NCBI GenBank assembly: GCA_963781885.1
Contig: CAWAHW010000001.1
Location: forward strand, 384,001 to 448,000
Direction of reading: 5' to 3'
Origin: an uncultured Spirochaetota bacterium
Lineage (GTDB): Bacteria > Spirochaetota > Spirochaetia > SZUA-6 > Fen-1364
DNA length: 64,000 nt
The notes beneath the pieces were generated by a model. The model saw nothing but the letters and a program-made list of their open reading frames with translations. It did not search any database and had not been told where the DNA came from. This document shows, piece by piece, positions 44,700 through 53,602 of the stretch. Made by a program: the position numbers and the translations under genes. The first letter of the stretch is position 1. Every line of letters begins with the position of its first letter.

Positions 44700-45053
44700 C
44701 TATCGTCTCTCCCGTGGGCCGGGGAGGTAGCTCAGGATGACTCGCTCGATTTCGGAATCCATGGCCGTCCGCAGTTTCGAGAGAATCTCAGTAAGAAGAT
44801 CATACCTGTCAGAGGACTTGTCCGCACCGTCCAAGAAGAGCTGGTGGGGCTTCACTCGAAGTTCTCTGGCAATCTTCGCCAGCGACGCGGCGCTAACCCA
44901 CCTGCGGCAAGCCTCGATATCGTTCATGTGTCCGGCGGAGATGTCCGCGCGCTTTGCCAACTCCATTTGGCTGATCCCGAGCTTTTTTCGAGACTCCTTG
45001 ATGTTCTTGGCGACGAGTCTCTGGATTTCCTTTGCGGTCTGCGGATTCTCCAT
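44700..45053 (-). CDS. XRE-family HTH regulator
   Basis: NIKESR...ISQMELAKRADIS...MNDIEACRRWVS. Confidence 0.88.
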   Translation of the reverse strand: MENPQTAKEIQRLVAKNIKESRKKLGISQMELAKRADISAGHMNDIEACRRWVSAASLAKIARELRVKPHQLFLDGADKSSDRYDLLTEILSKLRTAMDSEIERVILSYLPGPRERR

Positions 45054-45155
45054 GAGAATCCACTCTTCGTCGAAAGCTACAGTATGCCTACTTGCTTAGG
45101 ACGAATTGAGGATGTAGCTTAGGACGAATCACGCCAACCCGCAGGGGAGGGCCCA

Positions 45156-45830
45156 ATGGCCACGGACTCTGACTCGCTCGCGAACGCCCGGGAACTGTCG
45201 CAGCTGCTCGTCTCCAAGGCAAACGATATTCGAGGAAAGCTCGAAAACAAGGAAATCGAGAAATACTTGTTCCTGATGGATCGGTTCAAGAATTCGAACG
45301 GTCGCATCAGTCGTGACGAGGAATTCCAACGCCGCTACGGCGTCTTCTATGGCCTCTACGCGGCGCGTCTCTCCGATGATTTCAGGTCCGAGTACTTCAA
45401 GCTCATGGAGGAGTTTTCGCATAGTGCGGAAGTCGACCTGGCGGGAATCTGCAGCAAACTGAAAGAGCAGAGCGGAGGGAAGCTGCAATTCTCCTTTTGC
45501 ACGAAGATGGCCGCCACTCTGGACCCCGACTACCCCATCTATGATGTCTGCGTTGCCGAGGTATTCAGCTTTGATCCGCCGCTACCTACGAAGCAGTATG
45601 AGGAACGGGTCCAGCGCTACCTGACCTTCTACGACCACCTCCAATCAACCATCAAGGCGCTTTCCTCACGACGAGAGATTGCTCGAATGAACCCTGCGCT
45701 ACGCAGCAAGTTTCCGCAGTGGGACAACTTGTCAAGCACGAAGCAACTTGACTTTCTGATTTGGACGGCTGGCAAGCTCCGGCAGGAGGAGAAACGGCAA
45801 GAGATACGCCGCGAGGCCGGTTCGCAATGA
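45156..45830 (+). CDS. Hypothetical protein, HhH-GPD DNA glycosylase-like motifs
   Basis: GGGGAGG RBS; SFCTKM...DPDYPIYD, C-terminal KQLDFLIW. Confidence 0.55.
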   Translation: MATDSDSLANARELSQLLVSKANDIRGKLENKEIEKYLFLMDRFKNSNGRISRDEEFQRRYGVFYGLYAARLSDDFRSEYFKLMEEFSHSAEVDLAGICSKLKEQSGGKLQFSFCTKMAATLDPDYPIYDVCVAEVFSFDPPLPTKQYEERVQRYLTFYDHLQSTIKALSSRREIARMNPALRSKFPQWDNLSSTKQLDFLIWTAGKLRQEEKRQEIRREAGSQ

Positions 45831-46142
45831 CTGACTTCTCCTGGACCTCATGCGGAACATCCCAAAGACCCTCCTCAACGCGGCCCTCCGCCTCTCGCGC
45901 CTCCACTCTTTCTTGAAGTCTACCGGCCTGCCACGCCTGTTGACGATCACCTCGTTCCCCATCGCCTGGCACTCGGGGCAGGAGCAAGCGGGATCGTGCT
46001 CCTCGCCGTCTGACTTGAGGGGAACGCCGCGCTCATCCACGAATTCCTTACCCGTGCGCCAGCCAGCAGTCCAGGCAGTTGCATCCGGGGCCGTGGTCGC
46101 CGTTGTCGTCCCCGTCGAGTCTCACGAAGCGCTTCTCTCTCC

Positions 46143-47201
46143 TCATTCCATCCCGAGCCCCTGCAAGTATACCTGCGTTACGTTCAGCGACGCGTGCCCG
46201 AGCGCCCGCTGCACGGCCAGCACGTCGCGTGTCCGCCTGTACAGGTTCGCGGCGTACCTGTGGCGCAGGTCGTGCGCCGTGTAGGCGTGGCGGACGCGGC
46301 CTTGCTTGCGGAGCGCCGCCCCGAGTCTGGCGATGGCTGCACCGGTGCTCTGTAAGTTCCAGCCCGCGAACGGCCGCTTGTGGCCGCCCCTGAACCGCTT
46401 CAGCAGCTCGTCGGGCAGAGCCAACACCCTCGTCCCCCCGCCCTTCACTTTGAAGCTCGCCTTGTCCCCGTCCTCAAGCTTCATGCTCAACGCGTCGCCA
46501 AGGCGAAGCCCCGTCTCGCCGAGCAGTCGGACGAGCGGAAGCAGCCGCCTCGCGCTCTCCTTCATCCTCCGCGGCCCGACCGTCACCGCCTTGATCCTCT
46601 TCCTATTTGAAAGCTCGCGCAACATCTCCGCATACTCCCGGTCGCTCATCACCGGCACGGTGAGCTCATCGCTGTCCGGCTTCGGGCGGTGCTTGAACTC
46701 ATGCTGGGGGAGGGCGAGTCCCACCCACGGGTTAGTCTGCACCACCTCCGTCACCTCCAGGTACTTCCAGAACGCCGACACCGCCGCGAGGACGAGGCGC
46801 TGGGAGTTGGCCTTGAGCTTCCCTTCCCTGTGCTTGGCGGGCCTCTCCTCCAGCCACTTGCGGAACCTGTTGGCGTCCGCCCGGCCCATCTGGAGCAGCG
46901 GCAAGCCCATCATGTCCACGTACGCGAAGAGCTTGGACAACGCCAGACGGTACGCCGCCTGAGTGCGCGGCCCACGGTTCCCGTCGATCAGGAAGTCCTC
47001 CACGGCCTTCCGCCTGTTGAACTTCGCCGCCTTCACCGTCTCCGACAGCGCACCCTTCACCTTGTCCCTTCGCAAGTCCTTCAGCGCCTCGATGACCTCG
47101 TCCTTCGAGGGACTACGCTCCAGGACTGCGATCACCTCGTCAATGGCGATGGTCTCCCCGCCGTGGTCACTCCTCAACTCGATCTCGATCCACTCTTTCA
47201 T
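46143..47201 (-). CDS. Second tyrosine recombinase (XerC/resolvase-like)
   Basis: SAM-like domain, TGLRLGD, KGG, HDLRH, LGHASLNVTQVY. Confidence 0.92.
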   Translation of the reverse strand: MKEWIEIELRSDHGGETIAIDEVIAVLERSPSKDEVIEALKDLRRDKVKGALSETVKAAKFNRRKAVEDFLIDGNRGPRTQAAYRLALSKLFAYVDMMGLPLLQMGRADANRFRKWLEERPAKHREGKLKANSQRLVLAAVSAFWKYLEVTEVVQTNPWVGLALPQHEFKHRPKPDSDELTVPVMSDREYAEMLRELSNRKRIKAVTVGPRRMKESARRLLPLVRLLGETGLRLGDALSMKLEDGDKASFKVKGGGTRVLALPDELLKRFRGGHKRPFAGWNLQSTGAAIARLGAALRKQGRVRHAYTAHDLRHRYAANLYRRTRDVLAVQRALGHASLNVTQVYLQGLGME

Positions 47202-47208
47202 ACAAATA

Positions 47209-47237
47209 ATCTTAATTTATTTTATAGATAAAATCAA
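47209..47237 (-). promoter_or_regulatory. Leaderless promoter of the second recombinase, containing a palindrome
   Basis: TTGATT-N17-TAAGAT-N7-ATG; ATTTTAT-AG-ATAAAAT overlapping the -35 and spacer. Confidence 0.55.
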
Positions 47238-47368
47238 CCCCTCACTCTTGACCACATTTCTCGGTAAACCCCCTCTTTCGCCCTTCAAGAGAATTACGTT
47301 GCTTCCGGCCAGCGAGCACCGTATTATAAGCCCCAATCCATAGGAGACATCCGACAAGGAGGAGAGCA

Positions 47369-48421
47369 ATGCTTTTCCGACTTGATGCAAAGAACCTTAG
47401 TCCAGTCGCTTTCAAAGATATCGGGACGATAGGCGGGGTAGAAAAGGACTTGGAGAACATATTGGCCGACAATATGCTTCCGACCCTCTTCGAGGATAAC
47501 CCCTATATGGTGATCTTTCAGGAAAGGGCATATCAAGCGGAACCAGACATAATTGCACTCGATCGTGCAGGCAATCTTGTGCTGATCGAAATAAAGCGAA
47601 GCTATGTGGCAGCAAATGCGCTTGAGCAGGTATTTCGATACGCGCACACCCTCTATAGGTGGAACTACGAAATCCTCCAGTCGAAGTACAACCAGTATCT
47701 TGAAGCTTTGGGGCAACCTACAATCACCTCCCTCCGCGAATGCCACAGAGAAGTGTTCGGCCTTGACTCCGCTGTCGACGAACGAGACTTTAATGGGAAT
47801 CAGAAGCTCATCATAGTTGGCAATAGCACGGACGAGGCTCTAATCAGCTATGTGGACTACTGGCGTTCGCGTGGAATCGACATCGACTTCATTCCGTATC
47901 GTATCTATGAAATAGAACACCAGCTATTCCTCGAATTCTTCGCAAAACCATACGATCTGCACTCCAACCCGTCCGATCTCAAGGGGGTCATCTTCGACTC
48001 CAATCGAAGCTACGACCCCAAAGCTTTGGAGCATATGCTGAAGAACAACAGAGTGTCAGCATTTGGTGACCGGCAGGATGCCGTATCTTGCCTCCGGCCG
48101 AACGACTTTGTGTTTCTCTCCCATAAGTTCGTTGGCGTAGTCGCTGCTGCTCAAGTAAAAAGCAGAGTGAAGAACGCTGAGACCGAAGACGGGGATGAGG
48201 AATGCTACGTTGAGGTCAAATACTTGACACCAGCAGCCGACCCAATCGACGACACCATGCCGCGAATTTCATATTCCGAAATCTACGAAGAGATTGGAAA
48301 AACCTTCTTTCATGCCCGAATCGACAAGCGACCGTTTTTGACCAAGGAGGAATCTGAGAAGCTGGTGGCGTTTATGATCAAGCGATTCGCAAGCAGAAAG
48401 AAGTCGCGCGCCCCGTCCTGA
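47369..48421 (+). CDS. NucS/DUF91-like PD-(D/E)xK nuclease with possible C-terminal EVE/PUA-like domain
   Basis: EKDLE, PDIIALD, IEIKR, EQVFRY; C-terminal LRPNDFVFLSHKFVGVVAAAQV. Confidence 0.7.
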   Translation: MLFRLDAKNLSPVAFKDIGTIGGVEKDLENILADNMLPTLFEDNPYMVIFQERAYQAEPDIIALDRAGNLVLIEIKRSYVAANALEQVFRYAHTLYRWNYEILQSKYNQYLEALGQPTITSLRECHREVFGLDSAVDERDFNGNQKLIIVGNSTDEALISYVDYWRSRGIDIDFIPYRIYEIEHQLFLEFFAKPYDLHSNPSDLKGVIFDSNRSYDPKALEHMLKNNRVSAFGDRQDAVSCLRPNDFVFLSHKFVGVVAAAQVKSRVKNAETEDGDEECYVEVKYLTPAADPIDDTMPRISYSEIYEEIGKTFFHARIDKRPFLTKEESEKLVAFMIKRFASRKKSRAPS

Positions 48422-48541
48422 TCTATACCCGTGCGACGTAGCACGTGGTTGAAGCTGACACTTTATGAGGACTTGACTACGTTGTCATGCCCACTCACAG
48501 GCGCCCTGGCGAAAGGTCACCTCGTCGCGGATTTCGCAAGC

Positions 48542-48766
48542 TCACTTCTCCGTCTTCTGAGGTGTTGTCGGCGTTTTCGCCGGAGTCGAGCCACCGGTTT
48601 GGCTCTGACTGCTTGTCCCTGAAGCTGGCTGCGGTGGTGTGGCTCTCGGTGCCTGTTTCTGCTCCCCTGGCGGCAGGGGGCGCTGCTCTGGTGCGGCAAG
48701 TCTTGGAGCTTGGTCTCCTAGCGCCACCCGCTTCGATGTCTCTACAACCTTCTTCTTGTCGTTCAT
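48542..48766 (-). CDS. Small low-complexity hypothetical protein
   Basis: GGGAGG RBS; ATGA overlap with the upstream gene. Confidence 0.4.
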   Translation of the reverse strand: MNDKKKVVETSKRVALGDQAPRLAAPEQRPLPPGEQKQAPRATPPQPASGTSSQSQTGGSTPAKTPTTPQKTEK

Positions 48767-49335
48767 GCAAAGTCCCTCCCTAAGCTTTCCATCTCGTGGA
48801 TCGTTGACAGATTCCAGCCAATTCCAGCCTTTTTTGTCGGATTGTTCACATACGAGTATACGGCCACGGTACGAACCGCGATCTCGAAGACAAAATCAAA
48901 GGCAAAGTCCTGTGTCTCTCCGGGCTCAATCTCAACGTTCTTGGTCTCGACGATCCGATTGGAGACTCCTCGAACACCAGGCCATTGGTAGTGTCCTTGA
49001 CCGGCCTCCAGCATTTTCTGTTCGTCGAGGATGGCTTCCGGCCACGGGTTCATCTGGTAGAGCCAGGTATCAACTTCGTCCAGGCCGACCAGGACTTGAC
49101 CTTGGTTCTCAATTGTCAACGTGACCCTGAGAAATCGGTGTTGGCTGTCTATTGTCGAAGTGTAAATAGAATGAGCCAGTCTAATTCTTGGGAATTCCTC
49201 CCTCTTCTTAAAAACCGTTCGCCGGGACCAGATTGCTCCGACAATCAGGGCACCAACCGTTGTCAACGTCAGTAGCAAGTCCGCGTATGGCTTGACCTCC
49301 GTTATCCATGCCGACAACTTTCGGGTCCCTTTCAC
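48763..49335 (-). CDS. Hypothetical protein with one N-terminal TM helix and a beta-rich domain
   Basis: LLLTLTTVGALIVGAIW; VTLTIENQG...IEPGET. Confidence 0.65.
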   Translation of the reverse strand: MKGTRKLSAWITEVKPYADLLLTLTTVGALIVGAIWSRRTVFKKREEFPRIRLAHSIYTSTIDSQHRFLRVTLTIENQGQVLVGLDEVDTWLYQMNPWPEAILDEQKMLEAGQGHYQWPGVRGVSNRIVETKNVEIEPGETQDFAFDFVFEIAVRTVAVYSYVNNPTKKAGIGWNLSTIHEMESLGRDFA

Positions 49336-49551
49336 TCTCGCTCTTGATCGATTCTACCTACACCTTCTTGGGTTGTAAACACCTTACCGTAGTCAGCCCC
49401 GGTCCCTCAATCTCCTCCCCCCTCGCCCTTCTCCAACACCGTCTTCATCACCACTGCGCCCTACCCCTCATCCAGAAAATGCCCTAGATTATGTGGATGT
49501 GGCTTTTCGCGTATTTTCTCCACCTGTAACGTTCACTCGCCTAGATCCGGC

Positions 49552-49944
49552 TCAAGGTGGGCGTCGATTGAGAAACTTCTCGATGTTTCTTTTATGTTTT
49601 TCATATATACGCTTGGCGCCCTCTTCGAAGCCGAACCTTGTCGATAGCTGAATCATATGCTCATCTGCAATTCGCTCCGCCGCGACTCTGTTGGTAGGTA
49701 GCATTCCAGGTTTCCAATTGACGACATGCCCAAGTTCATGGGCTACGACTATCGGCCAGTTTTCGTCGTCCGTATCGGTGCAGTACTCTTCGCTTATCCA
49801 TATCACAGTGGGATCGCTCGGGTTCCAGCACCCTTCGGCTTCTTTTTCGGTTCCCTCGAAACGGCGGCATTTGATCTCAAGAACACCGTATTCTTTTGCA
49901 AGGCGGTTCACTTCATTCTTGAATGCGGGCAAGCCTTTCTTCAT
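49552..49944 (-). CDS. ImmA/IrrE-like HExxH metallopeptidase
   Basis: VVAHELGHV...AERIAD. Confidence 0.65.
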   Translation of the reverse strand: MKKGLPAFKNEVNRLAKEYGVLEIKCRRFEGTEKEAEGCWNPSDPTVIWISEEYCTDTDDENWPIVVAHELGHVVNWKPGMLPTNRVAAERIADEHMIQLSTRFGFEEGAKRIYEKHKRNIEKFLNRRPP

Positions 49945-50569
49945 GCTAGATCACAGTGGGCTCAATCGTGCGCCGACTGTCAACCTCCTCGGACTCCTGT
50001 TCCCTCGCGCCTCTTTCTTGGCCTTCTTCAACTGCCCTCAACGCATCTGGGAGCGCGACGAGCCCCACGGCCCAGCCTCAAGATTGCCTTATACGCCTCC
50101 CTGCTGGGCGCGCATCGCGGTCTATGATGGTAGCCCCTATGATTCCCCATCTCTCGCTTAATCCTCCCAATGAGCCCGGTTGTCGCGGGCACCGTCTTTG
50201 CTTTGGGTCGTGAGGTCGGTCACATGGACCGCCTCACCTTTGTCCTGCTCTCCTTGCTCCACCTTTTTTCTCATGCACCACGCCACACCTCAATTCCTCC
50301 ACAGCTTTACTGTCCGTCTCTTTCTCCTACTGCCTTGATAGATCCTCCCCTAGATGCCTCTTCCACAGCAAACGATCCGGTGCCACCTGCGCGCGCCGCG
50401 AACTTGGAGTGGAGAAAGTCGCATAGAGAATGATCCAAGAGGGGAAGAAAAAAGAGCTGTTCTGACGTAGTGCAGCCGCCGTCCATCCGGACACGAGCAG
50501 ATGGGAGCGCTTGGCCCTGTGCCCGAACGCCTCCGCCTACTCCAGGTTCCACTGGGGGGTTCGTAGTGA

Positions 50570-50830
50570 AACCCCTGGTAACACTCTCTTACGTATCCCC
50601 TTCGCGCGCGCTCACGCGCTTCGTGCTGGTCGCTTCATGCGCATTACTCCTTCCCAGGGTACTCCTGGAAGAGGAGAGCGAAGCGAGCACAGGGAGGCGG
50701 AGACCCGGAGAGCGCTCCGGGTCTCTACTACTTCTTTACTAAGAAGTAGTCTTCATATCACGATATTACATATGTAGGTGTACGCGGGGGTTTGACTACC
50801 TACCGGTCCGTAGTCAAACCTACCTACCCT
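50570..50830. other. Putative replication origin (hairpin cluster)
   Basis: Perfect inverted repeats at 50701-50724, 50727-50750, 50789-50820; palindrome TACATATGTA; downstream of the Rep-like gene. Confidence 0.45.
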
Positions 50831-50853
50831 TGTGTGGAGTGAACACGAATGAG

Positions 50854-51474
50854 TCAAGGTGCCTCCACGGGCTCTTTCAGCACCTCCATCACCTTCTGGT
50901 CGAGCGCGTAGACGGTCCAACGCCCGGGGGAATTGAATTCCGCCGGATGCGGCCTCGCATCGCCCCTGGTGATGTCGATGGGGTGCGAGAAGAGCACACC
51001 GGCCTTGACGAGATTCCGGAGCCGCTGGTACATCCATTCCTTGCTGGCGATGTTCAGCAAGGGTAGTGCTCGGACAGTGGCCTGAAGGGACATCCAGTAG
51101 TAGGTTCGCCCCTCGATCTTGACAGCGCACTCCTCGAACTCCGGGCTGGAGAAGGCCTTGGCGAGGTAGGCCAGCAGCTCCCCGTCCGTGAGGTCCAGAC
51201 CGAGCGCACGCAGCACGGCCTGTCTGTACAGGCCGGTCGTCATGCGCCAGACGTAGAAGTGCCCCGCCGCCTTCGCCTCTCTCTCGGTGTCTGCGCCGCG
51301 CCGGCGGAGCGCCTGGTACCACTGAGCCCTCCCAACTTCGGCCTTAGGAGGAAGGAGAAGGTCCGGTTTCCGGGCGGTGATGGTCTTCTGAAAGTGCTTC
51401 TGCGCTTCTTCGTGGTTCTCCTTCTCTTGCTGCGCATCCCACTCATCGCGTCCCTTATAGTCAATTTTGCGCAT
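50854..51474 (-). CDS. Winged-helix replication initiator-like protein
   Basis: LTDGELLAYL...YYWMS...LPLLNIASKEWMYQRLRNLVKAGVL resembles phage replisome-organiser wHTH domains. Confidence 0.5.
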   Translation of the reverse strand: MRKIDYKGRDEWDAQQEKENHEEAQKHFQKTITARKPDLLLPPKAEVGRAQWYQALRRRGADTEREAKAAGHFYVWRMTTGLYRQAVLRALGLDLTDGELLAYLAKAFSSPEFEECAVKIEGRTYYWMSLQATVRALPLLNIASKEWMYQRLRNLVKAGVLFSHPIDITRGDARPHPAEFNSPGRWTVYALDQKVMEVLKEPVEAP

Positions 51475-51554
51475 ATATTCGCTCTGTTCTTTTCCTCACT
51501 CTTGTTGCGAAGCGGCGTTTCCCATTCAGCAAACCTAATGCCGCTTCCCCACGG

Positions 51555-51998
51555 CTATTCGTACTTGTCCGGTTTCCCAGCCTCGTCTTCTATCGTCTTC
51601 TGACGAGCCCGCTCGCGGCGCCGCTCTTTTTCCTTCAGAAGCTCCCGAGCGTCACGAGCGTACCGCTTGATTTTCTTGGCGTGACTCCCCTTGCTCAGTG
51701 CGCGGTCCTTTGGCTTCTCCGTCCCGGACTTCATCAGAGCCTTGCCGTGCGACTTGTCGTCTTGACTCTTGCCCTCCGACTTGTTTCCCGGGCCCTGGCC
51801 TGTGCTGTCACCGATGGACTCGATTCGCCGCTCGGCGATCCAGGACTTCAACTCTTCACGGCTTAACATGATATGGTTGCGGCTGATTCGGACAAACGGG
51901 ATGAGCTTCTTGCTAGTCCACTGGTACAGCGTCGTACGCTCAATACCGAGCATCTTCGCAGCTTCTGCGGTATCAATGAGTTCGCTCTCACCTTTCAT
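51555..51998 (-). CDS. Excisionase/AlpA-like HTH_17 protein with basic tail
   Basis: LIDTAEAAKMLGIERTTLYQW...IPFVRI...ELKSWI; GAGGTG RBS. Confidence 0.8.
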   Translation of the reverse strand: MKGESELIDTAEAAKMLGIERTTLYQWTSKKLIPFVRISRNHIMLSREELKSWIAERRIESIGDSTGQGPGNKSEGKSQDDKSHGKALMKSGTEKPKDRALSKGSHAKKIKRYARDARELLKEKERRRERARQKTIEDEAGKPDKYE

Positions 51999-52230
51999 CT
52001 CCGCACCTCTTTGACTGGGACCGAGTGGCCCGTCGCGTTGGACGGATGTCTTCTGTTGAAAAGGAGAATACAACGTTCTTTCTCGCTGGTCCAGAATTGC
52101 ATAGCAGGCCGCTTGTCGCCGGCTTGGGCTCGACACTCATCCAAGCGTGCGTTTCGTCGTCCTCGCCTAAAGGGCAACACTTGACCCCCCAAGCCTCGGG
52201 CTTTATGGTTGAACACGGAGGGGATCAAGA

Positions 52231-52709
52231 ATGAGTGATCCGATCACGACTGGGCTGACCGCCCTGCAAGCTGCCGTCGGCGCAATGAGATTCATTTTGG
52301 AGTCGAAAAGTGCGTTCGTGAAGGCGGAGTATCAAGCAAAGATGGCGGAAGCCTACGGTGCCTTGGTCGATGCGCAGACCAAGTTGGTAGAAGCGAAGAC
52401 TCTTCTGATGCAGAAGGACGAGGAAATCAGGAAGAGAGACGAGATTATTCGGACCCTGACTGAGCAGAAGAACACCTCCGAGCAGATGGTCTTTGAGGAC
52501 GTTATTACTTCAAGATCGCCGACGGCCGCAAAGATGGTCCTTTCTGCGCCTCATGCTGGGACGACAAGCGCAAGGCGATCAGGCTCAATGGCCACAACAA
52601 CGGGGCGTGGACCTGTCCCGTTTGCAGCAACCAAGTCGCTGACAAGAGCTGGTACCAGGGTGGTAGGGACGAGCCCATTGAGCCGTTCTGGACAGACAGG
52701 CACCGCTGA
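52231..52709 (+). CDS. Coiled-coil + Zn-ribbon hypothetical protein, frameshift near 52501
   Basis: N-terminal coiled coil; alternate frame gives YYFKIADGRKDGPFCASCWD...WTCPVC. Confidence 0.65.
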
Positions 52710-52790
52710 TCGAGGCACAGCGGGAAGAACTGCTCAGATTTGTTCCAGGACAGCATGGGATGTTTCAGTCGTGCAGTTCTACGGGCTTTC

Positions 52791-52815
52791 GGTCTTTGGT
52801 TTACTCTTTGGTTTA
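52791..52815 (+). promoter_or_regulatory. Putative integrase arm-type sites, right end
   Basis: GGTCTTTGGTTTACTCTTTGGTTTA matches 39328-39351. Confidence 0.6.
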
Positions 52816-52934
52816 TTCCGCAGAGACCGGTGCAGACCGGCAGACCCAGACATAGACTGAGACCGCTTTGAAATGCTTGCTGCATATGCCTATAGTGAGC
52901 CTCACCTAGACCGGCGAAAAGGCCATGAGGTACC

Positions 52935-52988
52935 TTCAGGGTCTAGTGCCAGCAATGGTGTGGAGGTTCAAGTCCTCTTCCGGGCAAA
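52935..52988 (+). repeat. attR core of element A
   Basis: 54-bp identity to 39210-39263. Confidence 0.93.
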
Positions 52989-53602
52989 GTTCTACTAGGC
53001 CATCGAGAAGTACAGCTATTTCTGCTTTTCTCTCAAGGATAATCGAAATGACTCTCGGGGTAGCGCGGAGGGTACTAAAAACGCTCGATGTACCCTTATG
53101 CTGAATAACATGGGAACCTTCGAACTCGCACATGGGGTCAGGTTCAAAGAACTTCCGAAACGCGTCGACCGTACTGATGAAGTTGCTCGCCGTCTTTTGA
53201 GAGGCTCGCCAATAACTTCCTCCGACCTTCAATGAGGATGTGTCCTCTGATCGTCTCTTGCCATAGATAAGCCCATCAACGAGCAGAGTAACCGTGTGCC
53301 GAGCATGGTCGGGTGCGCGATCGTAAGCTCTCCATGCGAGTCGTCGTCCCCGCATCTGTCTTATGCGTCGGGATGCAAACAAAGAAGTTTGGCAACAGCC
53401 CCTCAATGTGCCAAGCGGGATTTCGGTCCAGGGCGCGAGGCGCACTTGGAACAGCAGCGATCGCGTTCATGCTGCCCAGTCCTCCGGGGCACAAATTCGC
53501 CGAAACCTTAGAACGGCGTGGCGGCCGTCGAAAGTAAGGCATCGGTCATGTCCTTGAAGACAATCGGGTGAGTGAGATGAGCTCCTCGAGAAGATCCGCG
53601 CG

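Larger units (their letters stand above)
39210..52988. mobile_element. Integrative element A (~13.7 kb) in tRNA-Leu
   Basis: 54-bp perfect direct repeats, adjacent integrase, Xis/Rep-like genes, lower GC. Confidence 0.92.

Noticed and set aside
52935-52988. Additional tRNA-Leu genes (also at 56733)
   Set aside because: Only the 3' half is present; these are att sites.
39210-52988. Complete prophage
   Set aside because: No recognisable terminase, portal, capsid, tail or lysis genes.
52936-53445. 169-aa ORF spanning attR
   Set aside because: Ends inside the att repeat and has no motifs; probably spurious.
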